Shown: piece by piece, positions 35,556 through 46,498 of the stretch | Layout: every line of letters starts with the position of its first letter | How positions within the stretch are numbered: the first letter of the stretch is position 1 | Source: Selaginella moellendorffii | Taxonomy: Eukaryota > Plantae > Lycopodiophyta | Length of the DNA stretch: 64,000 nucleotides | NCBI RefSeq assembly: GCF_000143415.4 | Contig: NW_003314414.1 | Location: 215,626 to 279,625, forward strand | Reading direction: 5' to 3' | Notes under the pieces: generated by a model | Database searches by the model: none | Seen by the model: only the letters and a program-made list of their open reading frames with translations | Told to the model about the DNA's origin: nothing | Program-made: the position numbers and the translations under genes

Positions 35556-36231
35556 TGTAGCGCATGTGATCATGGGATGAGATTTGGATATATTGTCACC
35601 GTGGATCCTTGGAACCTTGGGGGATAAATGGGGATAAAATAGCCACTAAGGGCTCTCTCATCAAACAATTGCCCCTTTTCCAGTTGGCTTAAGGGGAGAG
35701 AGATAAGGTGCGCTACAGTTGGTATCGGAGCAAATAGCACGGGTTCGATTCCCATTGATTAGTGGCTACTTAAAAAGTATAATATACCCTTGAGCAAAGT
35801 ATATTCCTACCCCTAAAATTTGAAATCGTATGTATTGGGCATCCATGCGTACGTCCTTCCTCTTGTGTGGAGTATCCACGGACGAAGGTATCCACCGTGG
35901 GACTGCGGTACGGGTGAATGACTAGTTGCCTCATATGGAATAGCTGGTGTACACAATGGAAGGATTGGTAGATTGAGTGCGGAAATGGAGGTGCTGGTTC
36001 CCCTTGGCTTAGTAGGGGTTGCTAGTCAATAGTCAATGAGGACATTGACATCTCTGAAGGGGGGGTGAGTGTAGCGCATGTGATCATGGGATGAGATTTG
36101 GATATATTGTCACCGTGGATCCTTGGAACCTTGGGGGATAAATGGGGATAAAATAGCCACTAAGGGCTCTCTCATCAAGCAATTGCCCCTTTTCCAGTTG
36201 GCTTAAGGGGAGAGAGATAAGGTGCGCTACA
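35556..36231 (+). mobile_element. TRIM (terminal-repeat retrotransposon in miniature), 676 bp
   Basis: 162-bp LTRs at 35556-35717 and 36070-36231, with TGTAGCGCA...TGCGCTACA ends and one visible mismatch. PBS TGGTATCGGAGC (tRNA-iMet) at 35720. PPT GAAGGGGGGG. TSD ACAAA. Confidence 0.95.
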
Positions 36232-37050
36232 ACAAACAACTGCATCTCATGATTTTGGCTTGCCTACCTTATTTATTATCCTTCTCCACATATAACCACG
36301 TCTCATCACATTTTCTTCAATTTCCAAAGATGGGCAATCCTCCATACATACCCCAGTAATGCAATTTCTAACTTCTTTCATTCATCCTTCAGCTTCTTTT
36401 TCCAAATCTAGCCTTAGTGTATACTCTACCTCTTTTAAGTAGTAGATGAACATCAACCCATTGCCTATCTTTCCAATTGTCCATGTCTCCTGCAACTCTC
36501 ACAATTGTCTTGATAAAGTTCTCTTTCAAAGCCACCCATCCATTCCCAAGCATGAAGCCTTTCTTGCTTAATTTGTGAAGTTTAATTTGGATCTTTGTGA
36601 AAATACTTGCAAGAAACAATTTCATGTCCTTGTCTTTGCATTCAAACCTTCTGCCCCAGTAGTTGTGGCTTTTTTGAGTGTCAATTGATAATAAATATTT
36701 TGGAGATGAATATGTTTCTTTCAATAGTGTTGGCACTATCAACTCCTTAAGTAGGTTATGCCAATTCCCATCCCATCCCAAGGCAATATCACTCGCATCT
36801 CATGGAGCACTCCATGATTGTACTCCACTATTTTGTCTTGGTTCCCACATTGTTCTTGCAATTGATATTTAACTTCTTTTTGGCTTCTATGTTTTTGGAA
36901 CTGATGTCAGGTAAGAGGATTTTGCCAACCTTATCTAGGGGTATGACCTTGTTGTGACTTGCACCTTGTACCAATTTTGAGACATTCCCGTGGCATTTGT
37001 TGTTCAGTTCTTCCAAGAAACCAACATGGTTTTTATCCTCCTTAAATCTT
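36232..37050 (-). pseudogene. Upstream (COR-like) fragment of the TRN1-like host gene
   Basis: LIVPTLL...YWGRRFECKD...FTKIQIKLH resembles COR-domain motifs. Frameshifted. Confidence 0.5.
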
Positions 37051-37324
37051 TCCCTTGAGTGGCCACCACCTCAAAACAAAAGTCTGCTATATCATTTCCA
37101 AGTTTAAGTACTTGCCTAACAAGACGAGGAGGAGAAAAATCTTTGTTACTTAGCCATCAAATGCATTACCCAATTCAGGCAATCAAGCATTACCACATAT
37201 TCTTTGTGGTTTGCTCTAGATTGGTTTTTTGGGACATCTATAAGATGTTGCTGATGTTTGTTTAAGCAATTTAAGTTCTTTTGTATTATTAATCAGGATT
37301 TATTTAGATTGGCTGGTGCGATAG

Positions 37325-39202
37325 TGTAAGAAACCAAAAGGAACAACTTGAGAGACGATCCATGGGTTCAAATATAGAGGGAAAGAGCCCATGAATAAGA
37401 GTGCACCCCCTTTTCCAATCGGTTAAAGGTCTTGGGATATTTGGGGTTAAGCGTCCTTAGGTTTGAATAGTACTGGGCTGGGTGACCTCCCGGGAAGTCC
37501 AAACTCAGGAGCTTACATTTGGTATCAGAGCGGTCTTGGGTCCGACTCTGTTGGTTGGCTAGGGGAATCACACCACATATTGATTGACATCTGGCTGTGA
37601 GACACAAAATCCCTAGGCCCCAAAGTGGAGCTGGAAGGGCACCACGTGGTAGAAAAGCTCCAACTTGAAAGGTCGAGAGCGGGAGTGGAACTCCCAACAA
37701 AGTGCTCGAGGACTAAAAGCTCCGACTTGAAAGGTCGAGAGCGGGAGTGGAACTCCCAACAAAGTGCTCGAGGAATGAGCACAAAGCGAGAGATGGAGTC
37801 CGAGATGGAGTCCGAGATGGGGTCCGAGATGGAGTCTGAAATGGAGACCGGGACCGAGACCGAGGCCGAGGCCGAGTCTGAGAGGGTGAAAGCCCAAAGC
37901 GTTCGTCTCCCAGACCCTGGGGGGTTTGGTGACCTCCAAAAGTATAGTAGGGGGAGGACTGCAGTGGAGCCAGTTTGGCCAGGAAAGGCCAGTTTGGCCC
38001 AGGAAGGCCGGACCCAGTGTTGGGTGATGAACTGCCCACTGGGAAGTCCAAGACTAGAGTGAACACGGACTGACAAGCGGGGTAGCTTGGTGAAGTGTTC
38101 AAGAGCCGGCTCTAGTTCCCCCGGGAGATCGACTGGCCGATGCTCCCAGTCCAAGTGTGGGTGGCACTACCTACTTGGATACCTGTCGTGGCTCAACGGA
38201 ACCTCGCTCTAAGCCCATGGCTAGAGCACCTAAAGGCGAAAGGCAGGGAGAGTACCCATGAGGCTTGCGTAAGGCCATGGTGTTCCGAAATGTTATCCCA
38301 AAGTCCCAAACGGTGAAAGGGAAGAGGAGTAGGCCTCTAATGTAGTGACCAAGGATATGGTCACATGGTGAGGAAGTCCCAAAGGATAGTGGGACTTAGT
38401 GGTCGGGCCTGCGGGCCTTGATCCAGTGGCAGTGTTGGTGAACACGGCCATGGACGAGAAGGGACTTGGTGGGGACTGGAAAAGAGATGTCGGGGAAGGC
38501 TATTCCCCATATCTGTGGGCATCCTAGGGATGCTAAGGAGTGGATCTGGGATGATCACTCACGGACGGATGGCCCGGTCTTTGAGAGACGGGACTATGAT
38601 GCCGTTGGCGTTAGACCAAAGGTGTGACCAAGGTGAATGGGCATGGCCTTAGCGTAACGGGCCAATATGTCGGGGGTACCTTGGGGTGTCAGTCATGGGA
38701 TCGGACACGTGGAGCACTTGGACCAAGTGCAAAGGTGGAGTGGCACGGAGGCCATTCTCGGGGCTAGCAAGCTCCAAGTCCTAACTGGGACTTATGGAGG
38801 TTGTGAATGAGACTCCTCCAAGTGGTCGGAGGTGCGGTTAAGTGACTAAAGTAAAATGGAAAAATTAATCGCTTATACTGGCTAGTCCAGTTTGCTCCCG
38901 CTAGGCTCGACCCAAGGGTAGGGTGTCAAGAGAGCGGGGCTCTTGGGAGAGCTGCGGCTCTCAGCTTCCGTTCACGAGGGTGTGAATTTGCAGGGAAGTG
39001 TGGTGGATTATAAGCAACCAAAGGGAACGACTTGAGAGACGATCCATGGGGTTCAAATATAGAGGGAAAGGGCCCATGAACAAGAGTGCACCCCCTTTTC
39101 CAATCGGTTAAGGGTCTTGAGATATTTGGGGTTAAGTGTCTTTGGGTTTGAATAGTACTGGGCTGGGTGACCTCCTGGGAAGTCCAAACTCAAGAGCTTA
39201 CA
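37325..39202 (+). mobile_element. Cassandra-like non-autonomous LTR retrotransposon with 5S rRNA-derived LTRs
   Basis: LTRs at 37325-37517 and 39009-39202 (TGTAAG/TATAAG...CTTACA). PBS TGGTATCAGAGC at 37520-37531. Purine-rich tract before the 3' LTR. TSD GATAG (37320-37324, 39203-39207). No coding capacity recognised. Confidence 0.9.
37446..37500 (+). promoter_or_regulatory. 5S rRNA internal Pol III promoter fragment (A box-IE-C box) in the 5' LTR
   Basis: GTTAAGCGTCCTTAGGTTTGAATAGTACTGGGCTGGGTGACCTCCCGGGAAGTCC matches the plant 5S core. A second copy is at 39131-39185. Confidence 0.85.
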
Positions 39203-40877
39203 GATAGTACAGATAGTTAGTAGGAATGAGTGTTTATTAGTCTTGCTTATTAGTCTTGCTGTATTCATTCTATTCTGTTAATTGTTGCTCGAGTTAGTTC
39301 TATTAGATTATGATGTTATTTCCTTTGGGTGATACATTTGAGAGCATTTTACTTATTTGACAATGATCTTTTAATTGTTTTTTATAAGTTTTTTGGTATA
39401 CTATCTACAATCTTTGGTAGTTAAGTTTTATCATTAAGTTTTCTTAATGATATATTTGCTGTTGAATTTTGTTGGATGGTGAATCTTATATTTCCAACTA
39501 TAGTGATCTTGGTAGTTTCTATACTCTAATACTAGTTTATTAGATGTTAACTTACTTAGAATACTTTTATGTTCTAATTTAAGATTTATTCACTGATAAT
39601 TAAGTCTCTTAGATATCATTGTCTTTAACTTTGATATTGTCCATCTATTGATATTTGGGTTTAGGCTAATATAAGTAGACTGGCTTTAGAACTTCATGTG
39701 TATAATGAAATCTCTAGTCATGGGGTAACTATTGTTAACTAGTCATATCATTCACCTCTTTCATGATGTTCTTTATTTTGTTAAAAGGGCATGACCATGT
39801 AAACAACTCTAACTATTTGTTTATAGTAGTTTATCTAAACTTTACTTACGGGTTTGGTTTCTTTAGTTAAAGGCATCTAACTTCTCTCTCTCATGTTAGA
39901 CCACCGGTATGGTAAAATAATGCTAAACTCTATTTGGATTTGTTTTGCATGCTAGTCTTGGCATTGGGATGTTAGATGCTTTAGGACTATTTTTGCTCTT
40001 ATCCTTTCACTCTTTGGGCTGTACGCTTGGGAGTTACTCCGTGCTTTAATACCTTCTCTGCTTGGCTCCATGTTTAGGAGTTTTGCTCTATTCCATCATT
40101 TAATGGCCTAAGGCCTTAAAACTTGGGTTTTGCTCCATTGTCCTTGGATATGTGGCATGTGGCACATGGGATGTCATATGTGGCATATGGAGAGTTTAAG
40201 TTCTGCTTCATAATTATTATATGGTAAATCACCATAGGATAAAAATTGAAAACCACATAAGTTATATGTTTGGATCTATATTTATATTTATATTTTATTT
40301 GTCAAATTTACTTAGAAATATAGATTATATGATTTACAATGTTTTTCTAGTGTTTGAGAAGTCATGAGCTCAACTCATAAACTCAAAACTTACCTAGGTT
40401 CTAATATATATAGTTATCTTTACAGTAATTTCCCACTCAATTATTGATGCTTCTTCATAGTACATAATATACTAGATTGAGATCTCAGCTCACTTGCAAG
40501 CTAGCTGTCATTCTCCTAATGCAAAATGACTTGAGCTCACAAGCTTGATAAAACTTCATTAAACTTTTTGAGAGATTTCTAATAGGAATGCCCACAGTTC
40601 AGCTCCTCAGTTCAAGAGTCATAAGACACTCTCATGAGCCAAGGAAACAAATTCCCTTCATTTGATAAGGGCAACACTAAAAAAATATGAAAATCCTGCA
40701 AAATTGGAGCTTGCTTGTCATATGCAGGAACTAGAAGACAATCAGTTTCAGCAAGTGTCGGACGGATCGACTGACAGCTGCTGCGAGATGTCAGCTTCTA
40801 CTGTTGCCAAGGTGTTAAGCCCGTCAGAAACGGAAGGATGGTAAGTTATGTAAGAGCTTAGCTAACTCCATTTATTT

Positions 40878-43233
40878 TTACGAGCTCTCGCTATTCAATC
40901 TGGCAACCATAGTGCCGAAAAGCTTTGCAGCTTTTTTGTCATAGTCCAATCCCCGCTTTCTCAGTTCCTGCTGGAGCACCTTGGCATCTCTGTACAACTC
41001 AGAATCAGATGATGCCCCGACTGTTAGAACCCGCTACTCACCTGTTGTGCGGATCGGCAGCAATCATCTTTCTCACGTCCTTGTCCGCCAGTTCAATGTC
41101 CGCGTTCTCCAAATAAGCCTGGGCTCGCCTATAAAGCGCTTTCATATTGCCGGGCTCCAGATCCAGCACCTGTACGATAAGAGTCTGAGACTAGGAAGAG
41201 TGCACGTTCAGTGCTCGCCCACCTTCGTGCATAAAGCAATGCAATCTTTGTACTTCTCCTGCTTCAGTTTGGACGCAGCATTGTTTACGCAGCATACGGT
41301 TTTGAGCTGCTTAGACAGCTTTTTCTCCTCGTCAGAAAACTTGTGATCGTGATCAATGTATTTGACAGCCTGCAACAAGGCGGAAGGCAATACCGTCAAA
41401 GCGTGTGCGACACAAGGAAGTGCTACCTGCCTTGTCGTACTTCTTCGAAGCACGCCAGTACTTTCCGCCCTTGAAATGCTGGTTCCCTTCTTCTTTGTGC
41501 TTGCTTGCTGCTTCCAGCTTCTCAAGGGTGCTCATTTCCCAGATGTCTTTGTCCTGAGATACGAGACACATGCATGCGTCATACCATGGAGAACTTGGAA
41601 AAAACCAACCTTGTCAAAGCTGACAAGCTCAACGATGTACACTAGCGTGGAACTTGGTGGTACAGTTGCCAGGTCCGTCCGAAATTCCGAGCCACCATAC
41701 CCATAATCTGGAGCGATTGTCACCTCCGCAACTTCACCTTTTTTCATAGCTGCCACAGCTCTGTCTAAGCCACTCACAGCTTGCTCTGCAGAAAGGCCCC
41801 TTTTAAGAGTGAGCTCGTACGAACACACAGCCTTACCTTCACCGATGGTAAACTCGAGCAGGTCATCTTGGCCGTAGCCTTTGCGCTCAAAGACCGTCCC
41901 GTCCAAAAGTCTGGCCTCGTATTTGACTGCAGAGATCACATGTAAGCGACAAATTGTTCACAAAGAGCACCACTAGTTACCCCTGACAAGGGCGCCATCG
42001 TTCGGCTTGGTTTGTCCTTCTCCGGCCACCAAGATCTTCTTGACAACACGCCTGTCATCAGTGACATCATCTACCGTCCTCCACTCGAGAAGCTCGATGT
42101 CAACAGTCAAGGTTGCATAGGGAGGCACATATGCTCCACTACGGGTAGCCTTACGCCCCTGTTCCGCAAATCCGTCTGCAAGTCTGGTCAGTTTGATAAT
42201 AATCAGTGGATTTATGCAGCTAGCTTAGCTTACACTGAGGCGTCACGGTTAACAATGCTTGTTCTCCATGTTTCATTGCTCTTACGGCCTTCCCGATTGC
42301 AGGGCAAAAGAATCCTGCATCAAAATGTTCAAACTGTTAGCTACAACAGACAAGTTCCACTTCCGTCAAGCACCATCTCTTGGACAGATGGTCACGCCTT
42401 TCGCGGGTGTCTTTTCAACAAGGGTGCCGTCCTGCAACGTCGCCGTGAACCTCACTGGTACGCATGGAGTTACTCCGTAAGGAAAGTGAAAAATAGCGGT
42501 AGCTATTACTTACCTGTAACTTCGTCCGAGTCTTTAGGAGTTTCCCACTTGTGACCCTCAGAGACGACTTTCTTGACGATGCCGCCGTCTTTGAGTACGT
42601 CGGTGATGCTAGCCCAAGTTAGCAGCTCCACTTCAAACACGAGAGTAGCGTTTGGAGGAACCAGGGGCGGGCAACCAGCTTTGCCATAGGCCATGTCGGG
42701 TGGGATTGTGAAAACGGCTACTTCTTTCTTCTTCATCGAGCCAATGCCTCGGTCCCAGCCCCTTATCACCTCTCCTGCACGGAAGACTCAGGCAAAGGAG
42801 CGAGTTGAGATAGAATAGCCACATTGTACTCCACCTTGGCCGAGCCTGAACACGAAGGGCTGGTTCTTATCGTGGGTGGAGTCGAACTTGGTTCCATCGG
42901 CAAACCTCCCAACGTAGTGCACTGCATTCATCCATGGAAGAGTTTAGCCGATGGAGAAAGCCTCTCTACTTTCTAAGGAAGAAGAAGGAGGAGAAGAGGA
43001 GTACCTGTGAGCTCATCACCAGGCTTGGGGACATCCCAGCCTTGTCCAGCCCTGACGAGCAGCTTCTTGAGACCGCTCTGCCCGAATTCCTTCTCCACGC
43101 CTTCCTTCTGCATTGCAGAAGGAAACCTCTCCATGAACTTGCCATCAACCGTTTTGAACTTTTCAGCCAAGTGCTTGAATGCCGCAGCGGCTGGATTGTG
43201 GTCGTCTGGGCAGGCCGCCTCGTCCACCGCCAT
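40878..43233 (-). CDS. Multi-domain FKBP peptidyl-prolyl isomerase with TPR (FKBP62/ROF1-like), multi-exon
   Basis: Three FKBP domains (HYVG...KFDST...VIRGWD..., YEARLLDGT), TPR KEEGNQHFK...CCVNNAA, and a C-terminal CaM-binding-like tail. Confidence 0.9.
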
Positions 43234-43368
43234 TGCGCGCTAAAACCCTAGCTAAGCCATCACCCTCCCCCAAAATATCTTCTCTCCTCTCCCCAAACAA
43301 AATATCTGGCACTGGGGCTCCTTTAACATTAACAACGTGGAGGCTAACACTGCTTCTTTTCAAGTAGT

Positions 43369-43849
43369 TTAGCGGTGCTTGCGCAAGTCTATCCCCGCTT
43401 CCTTGGCCATGGCGTCCAGCCCCTTCTTGTCGATGGTCTTGAGCGCCTGCGTGCATATCCTGAGCCTGACGAACCTCTGCCCAGCCTCCCACCACAGCCG
43501 CTTGTACTGCAGGTTGGGCTGCTGCTTCTTCCTGGTGCGGATGTGGGAGTAGGAGATCTTGCGCGCGTTGTTGTACTTCTTGCCCGTCAGCTCGCACACC
43601 CTGCCTGGCAAAAGCCCAAGTGGAAATTATCAATTACCGGTTGGACTCGCGGCTTCTGCTACACTTACTTGCCAGGGGCTGGACGATGAGGGACGAAAGC
43701 CTCTGCAATGGCACCACGAGTGGAACCGCCACACCAGTGCCAGCCAGCTCGCTCTTCCGCCAGCTCAAATCCTTGGCCGCGTGGGACGTTATGGGCTTGA
43801 GCTTGAGCTTGCAAGGCGGCGGCATTGCTGCCATTGCGAAAAACGCCAT
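43369..43849 (-). CDS. RPL28: Plastid 50S ribosomal protein L28 (transit peptide exon + intron 43605-43668)
   Basis: [49 protein letters not shown]. Start at 43849 or 43834. Confidence 0.92.
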
Positions 43850-43871
43850 ACTACGTACCTGCGTTGTTACC

Positions 43872-46262
43872 CTACCAAAAGTCTTGGCAGGAGCAAGTCC
43901 CCTTGTCAAAGGTGTGGAAGCGGTACGTATCCCTCACGATTATCTGCCGCCCCACAATCCTGGAGATGTACTTGGTGGCCGAGTGACAGTCAGCGCACAC
44001 GCGAAGGTTCTTGACAATGTGGAGGCTCGTCCCGGCTGGAGTGCTCCTGATCCCGAATGCAATTGCCAGCTTCTCGCTGTGGTAGCTCCCCAGCCTCTCC
44101 TTGTCGCCGTGGCCAGGATCGTCGGGCACGTAACCAGCACGCTGCATTTCTGCCGCCAGCGCCTCGAGGGTGGCGGCCAGCTCCGGTGGGGACGAGTCCG
44201 CTGACACGAACTCGTGCACCTTGTTGTTGACCTCGATGGCGCTCCACCCCGCTGGCTTCACCACCCCTCTCATGTCCATGCGCCTCCTGACGCTCGCCGC
44301 CTCCTCCAGCCTCCCAGCCCTCGAGTAAATGGTCGACAGCAGCACATAGGCGGCTGAGTCGGCCGGCTCCAGCGCCATGAGCTTCTCGGCGGCCCGGACG
44401 CCCCGATCTGGGCTGCCCTGGAGCCTGCACGCCCCAAGCAACGCCCTCCAGCACACCGCATCGTCCGGGGCCCCGGGCACAAGCTGGTGCTGGTAAGCGT
44501 GGGTGATCAACTCCTCCGCGTCTTGGAGCTTGCCAACCCGGGACAGCAGGTCCACCACCATCACCAGGTGCTCGGCAGTGGGCGCGACACCGTAATCGGC
44601 GCTCATGGAGCCGAAGCAGCAGCAGCCGCGCTCCAGCATGCCCGCATGGCAGCACGCGTGCAGCACGCTGCTCACCGTCACCTCGTCGGCTTCCATCTCC
44701 AGCGACATGCCCCGGAACAACTCCACCGCCTCGCTCGCATGACCGTGCTGGGCATAAGCACCCAGCATCGCATTCCAGGCAATCACGCCCCGCGCCTCCA
44801 TGCCGTCGAACACGAGCCGCGCTTCACGAATCCGTCCGCACTTGCCGTACATGTGAAGCAGCGCGTTGCCCACCGCCGGCAACTGCTCGTATCCACAGCT
44901 CCGGATGCGGGCGTGGAGGGCGCGGCCCTGGCCGAGGCCTCCCACGCCACCCAGCCCGCTGCAAGCCGCTACACCGCAGCTCAGCGTGGCGGCGTCCAGC
45001 GCCACCCCCTCCACCTCCATCTGCCTCATCACCTGCAGCGCCTCGCGGAAATGCCCCGACCCGGCAAATGCGGCCATGATCCCGTTCCAGCTCACGCGGT
45101 CTGGGCAGCTGCACCGCTCAAACACCTCCACCGCCGCGTCCACGTCCCCGCACTTGGCGTACATGCTCAGCACGGCGTTGGTGGCGGACACACTGGCGGC
45201 GAGGATGCCGCGCGCAACCATGTCCGCGTGAAGCCGCCGCCCCTGCTCCAGCTGCGCCGCACCGCACGCGCCGCAAGCAGACAGGGCGTTGATGAACGTG
45301 ACCACGTCGCGCTCGCAGTCCATGCGCTGCAACAGGCACAGCGCCTCCACTCCCAGCCCCTGTGCCGCGTACGCCCAGATGATGATGTTCCACGACACGG
45401 TGTTGCGCTGCCGCATGGCGTCGAACACGGCCCTCGCCTCCAGGACGCTGCCGCAGCGGGCGTACATTTGCACCAGGGAATTGGAGAGGAAGACGTCGGC
45501 AGCCACGTCGCCCCGTGCTGCCAGGAGCGCGGCATGGACGGACCGCCCGGTGCTGAGATGGTGGCAGCAGCCGCTCAAGACGCTCGCGAACGTTGTGTCG
45601 TCGGGCCTCACGTCGGGCTGCCGGAGGAGTGCCTGGTAGAGGTGGAGGGCTTGTGCGGCTTGCCCGTGGTCCAGCCACGCCGCAATCATGGCGTTCCACG
45701 AGATTGTGTCGCGCCGCTGCATCGCCTCGAAGGTGGCCTCGGCATCCACCATGCTCCCGCAGTGCCTGTAGAGCGTGATGAGCGCATTGCCCAGCACCGG
45801 CGTGGTGGACAAGATGCCCGACTCCGTCATCCTCGACTCTATTTGCTTCCCCCTGGCCAGCAGCATGCCGTGCTGCTTTCCGGAGGAGCACAAGCGCAGG
45901 GCATTCAGCAGGGCTACGTAAGCGACACGATCGGCCCGAATCCCCTCCATCTCCATCCTGTGAAACACCAGCACGGCCTCGCTGCCATACCCATTCTGGG
46001 CATATGCAGACATGAGGATGGAGAAGGAGTAGACGTTAGGGACCGATATCCTGTGAAATGCCGCTGCCGCCGCGTCCATGCACCCGCAGTTGCCATACAT
46101 TTGAACGAGCAAGTTGCCCAGAAAGGTGGACGAGTCCTGATTGCTGGCCACGAGCTGCGCATGGAGCCGCTTGCCCTCGTCCAAAGCCGCCCTGCTTCCA
46201 CACTGCCGGAGGGCTGCTGCGAGAGCGTTGATGCTGCCACTGCCGTTGTTCCGGAGCGGCAT
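43872..46262 (-). CDS. PLS-class PPR protein with E and DYW (here DFW) cytidine deaminase domain, intronless
   Basis: Repeated NALxxMYxKCG / SWNAMI motifs, a PG box, HSEKLA, CADCH and a terminal QDFW. Confidence 0.95.
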   Translation of the reverse strand: MPLRNNGSGSINALAAALRQCGSRAALDEGKRLHAQLVASNQDSSTFLGNLLVQMYGNCGCMDAAAAAFHRISVPNVYSFSILMSAYAQNGYGSEAVLVFHRMEMEGIRADRVAYVALLNALRLCSSGKQHGMLLARGKQIESRMTESGILSTTPVLGNALITLYRHCGSMVDAEATFEAMQRRDTISWNAMIAAWLDHGQAAQALHLYQALLRQPDVRPDDTTFASVLSGCCHHLSTGRSVHAALLAARGDVAADVFLSNSLVQMYARCGSVLEARAVFDAMRQRNTVSWNIIIWAYAAQGLGVEALCLLQRMDCERDVVTFINALSACGACGAAQLEQGRRLHADMVARGILAASVSATNAVLSMYAKCGDVDAAVEVFERCSCPDRVSWNGIMAAFAGSGHFREALQVMRQMEVEGVALDAATLSCGVAACSGLGGVGGLGQGRALHARIRSCGYEQLPAVGNALLHMYGKCGRIREARLVFDGMEARGVIAWNAMLGAYAQHGHASEAVELFRGMSLEMEADEVTVSSVLHACCHAGMLERGCCCFGSMSADYGVAPTAEHLVMVVDLLSRVGKLQDAEELITHAYQHQLVPGAPDDAVCWRALLGACRLQGSPDRGVRAAEKLMALEPADSAAYVLLSTIYSRAGRLEEAASVRRRMDMRGVVKPAGWSAIEVNNKVHEFVSADSSPPELAATLEALAAEMQRAGYVPDDPGHGDKERLGSYHSEKLAIAFGIRSTPAGTSLHIVKNLRVCADCHSATKYISRIVGRQIIVRDTYRFHTFDKGTCSCQDFW

Positions 46263-46498
46263 GGATCAAGATCCACCTCCATGGATTCAGCGGACTGTTT
46301 ATTGGAACAAAAGAAACAATGCTATGTACACAGACAGACACGGACGAAGCATCATTGAGGCGGGTCGGAATGAGCTATAAAAGAACCAAATGCTCCACCA
46401 CCATGGCCTAAACTCCTTGCCACTCCTAACCTTTCCCTCGGCGTTGATTCTTCGCTTTTGGTACCATCATCTCCACCTGCGGCACAAGAGAAAAACCG

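Noticed and set aside
37446-37500. Functional 5S rRNA gene
   Set aside because: Only the ~55-bp promoter core matches, the 5' and 3' stems are absent, and it is duplicated as part of the LTRs.
39210-40650. AT-rich decayed region with GAGCTCA motifs near 40365-40640 resembling the MULE subterminal repeats
   Set aside because: Too degenerate to define an element or a partner end.
44487-46358. 623-aa plus-strand ORF, and similar antisense ORFs over SDP1, HCCS and SSII
   Set aside because: These are shadow ORFs of GC-rich coding sequence on the opposite strand.
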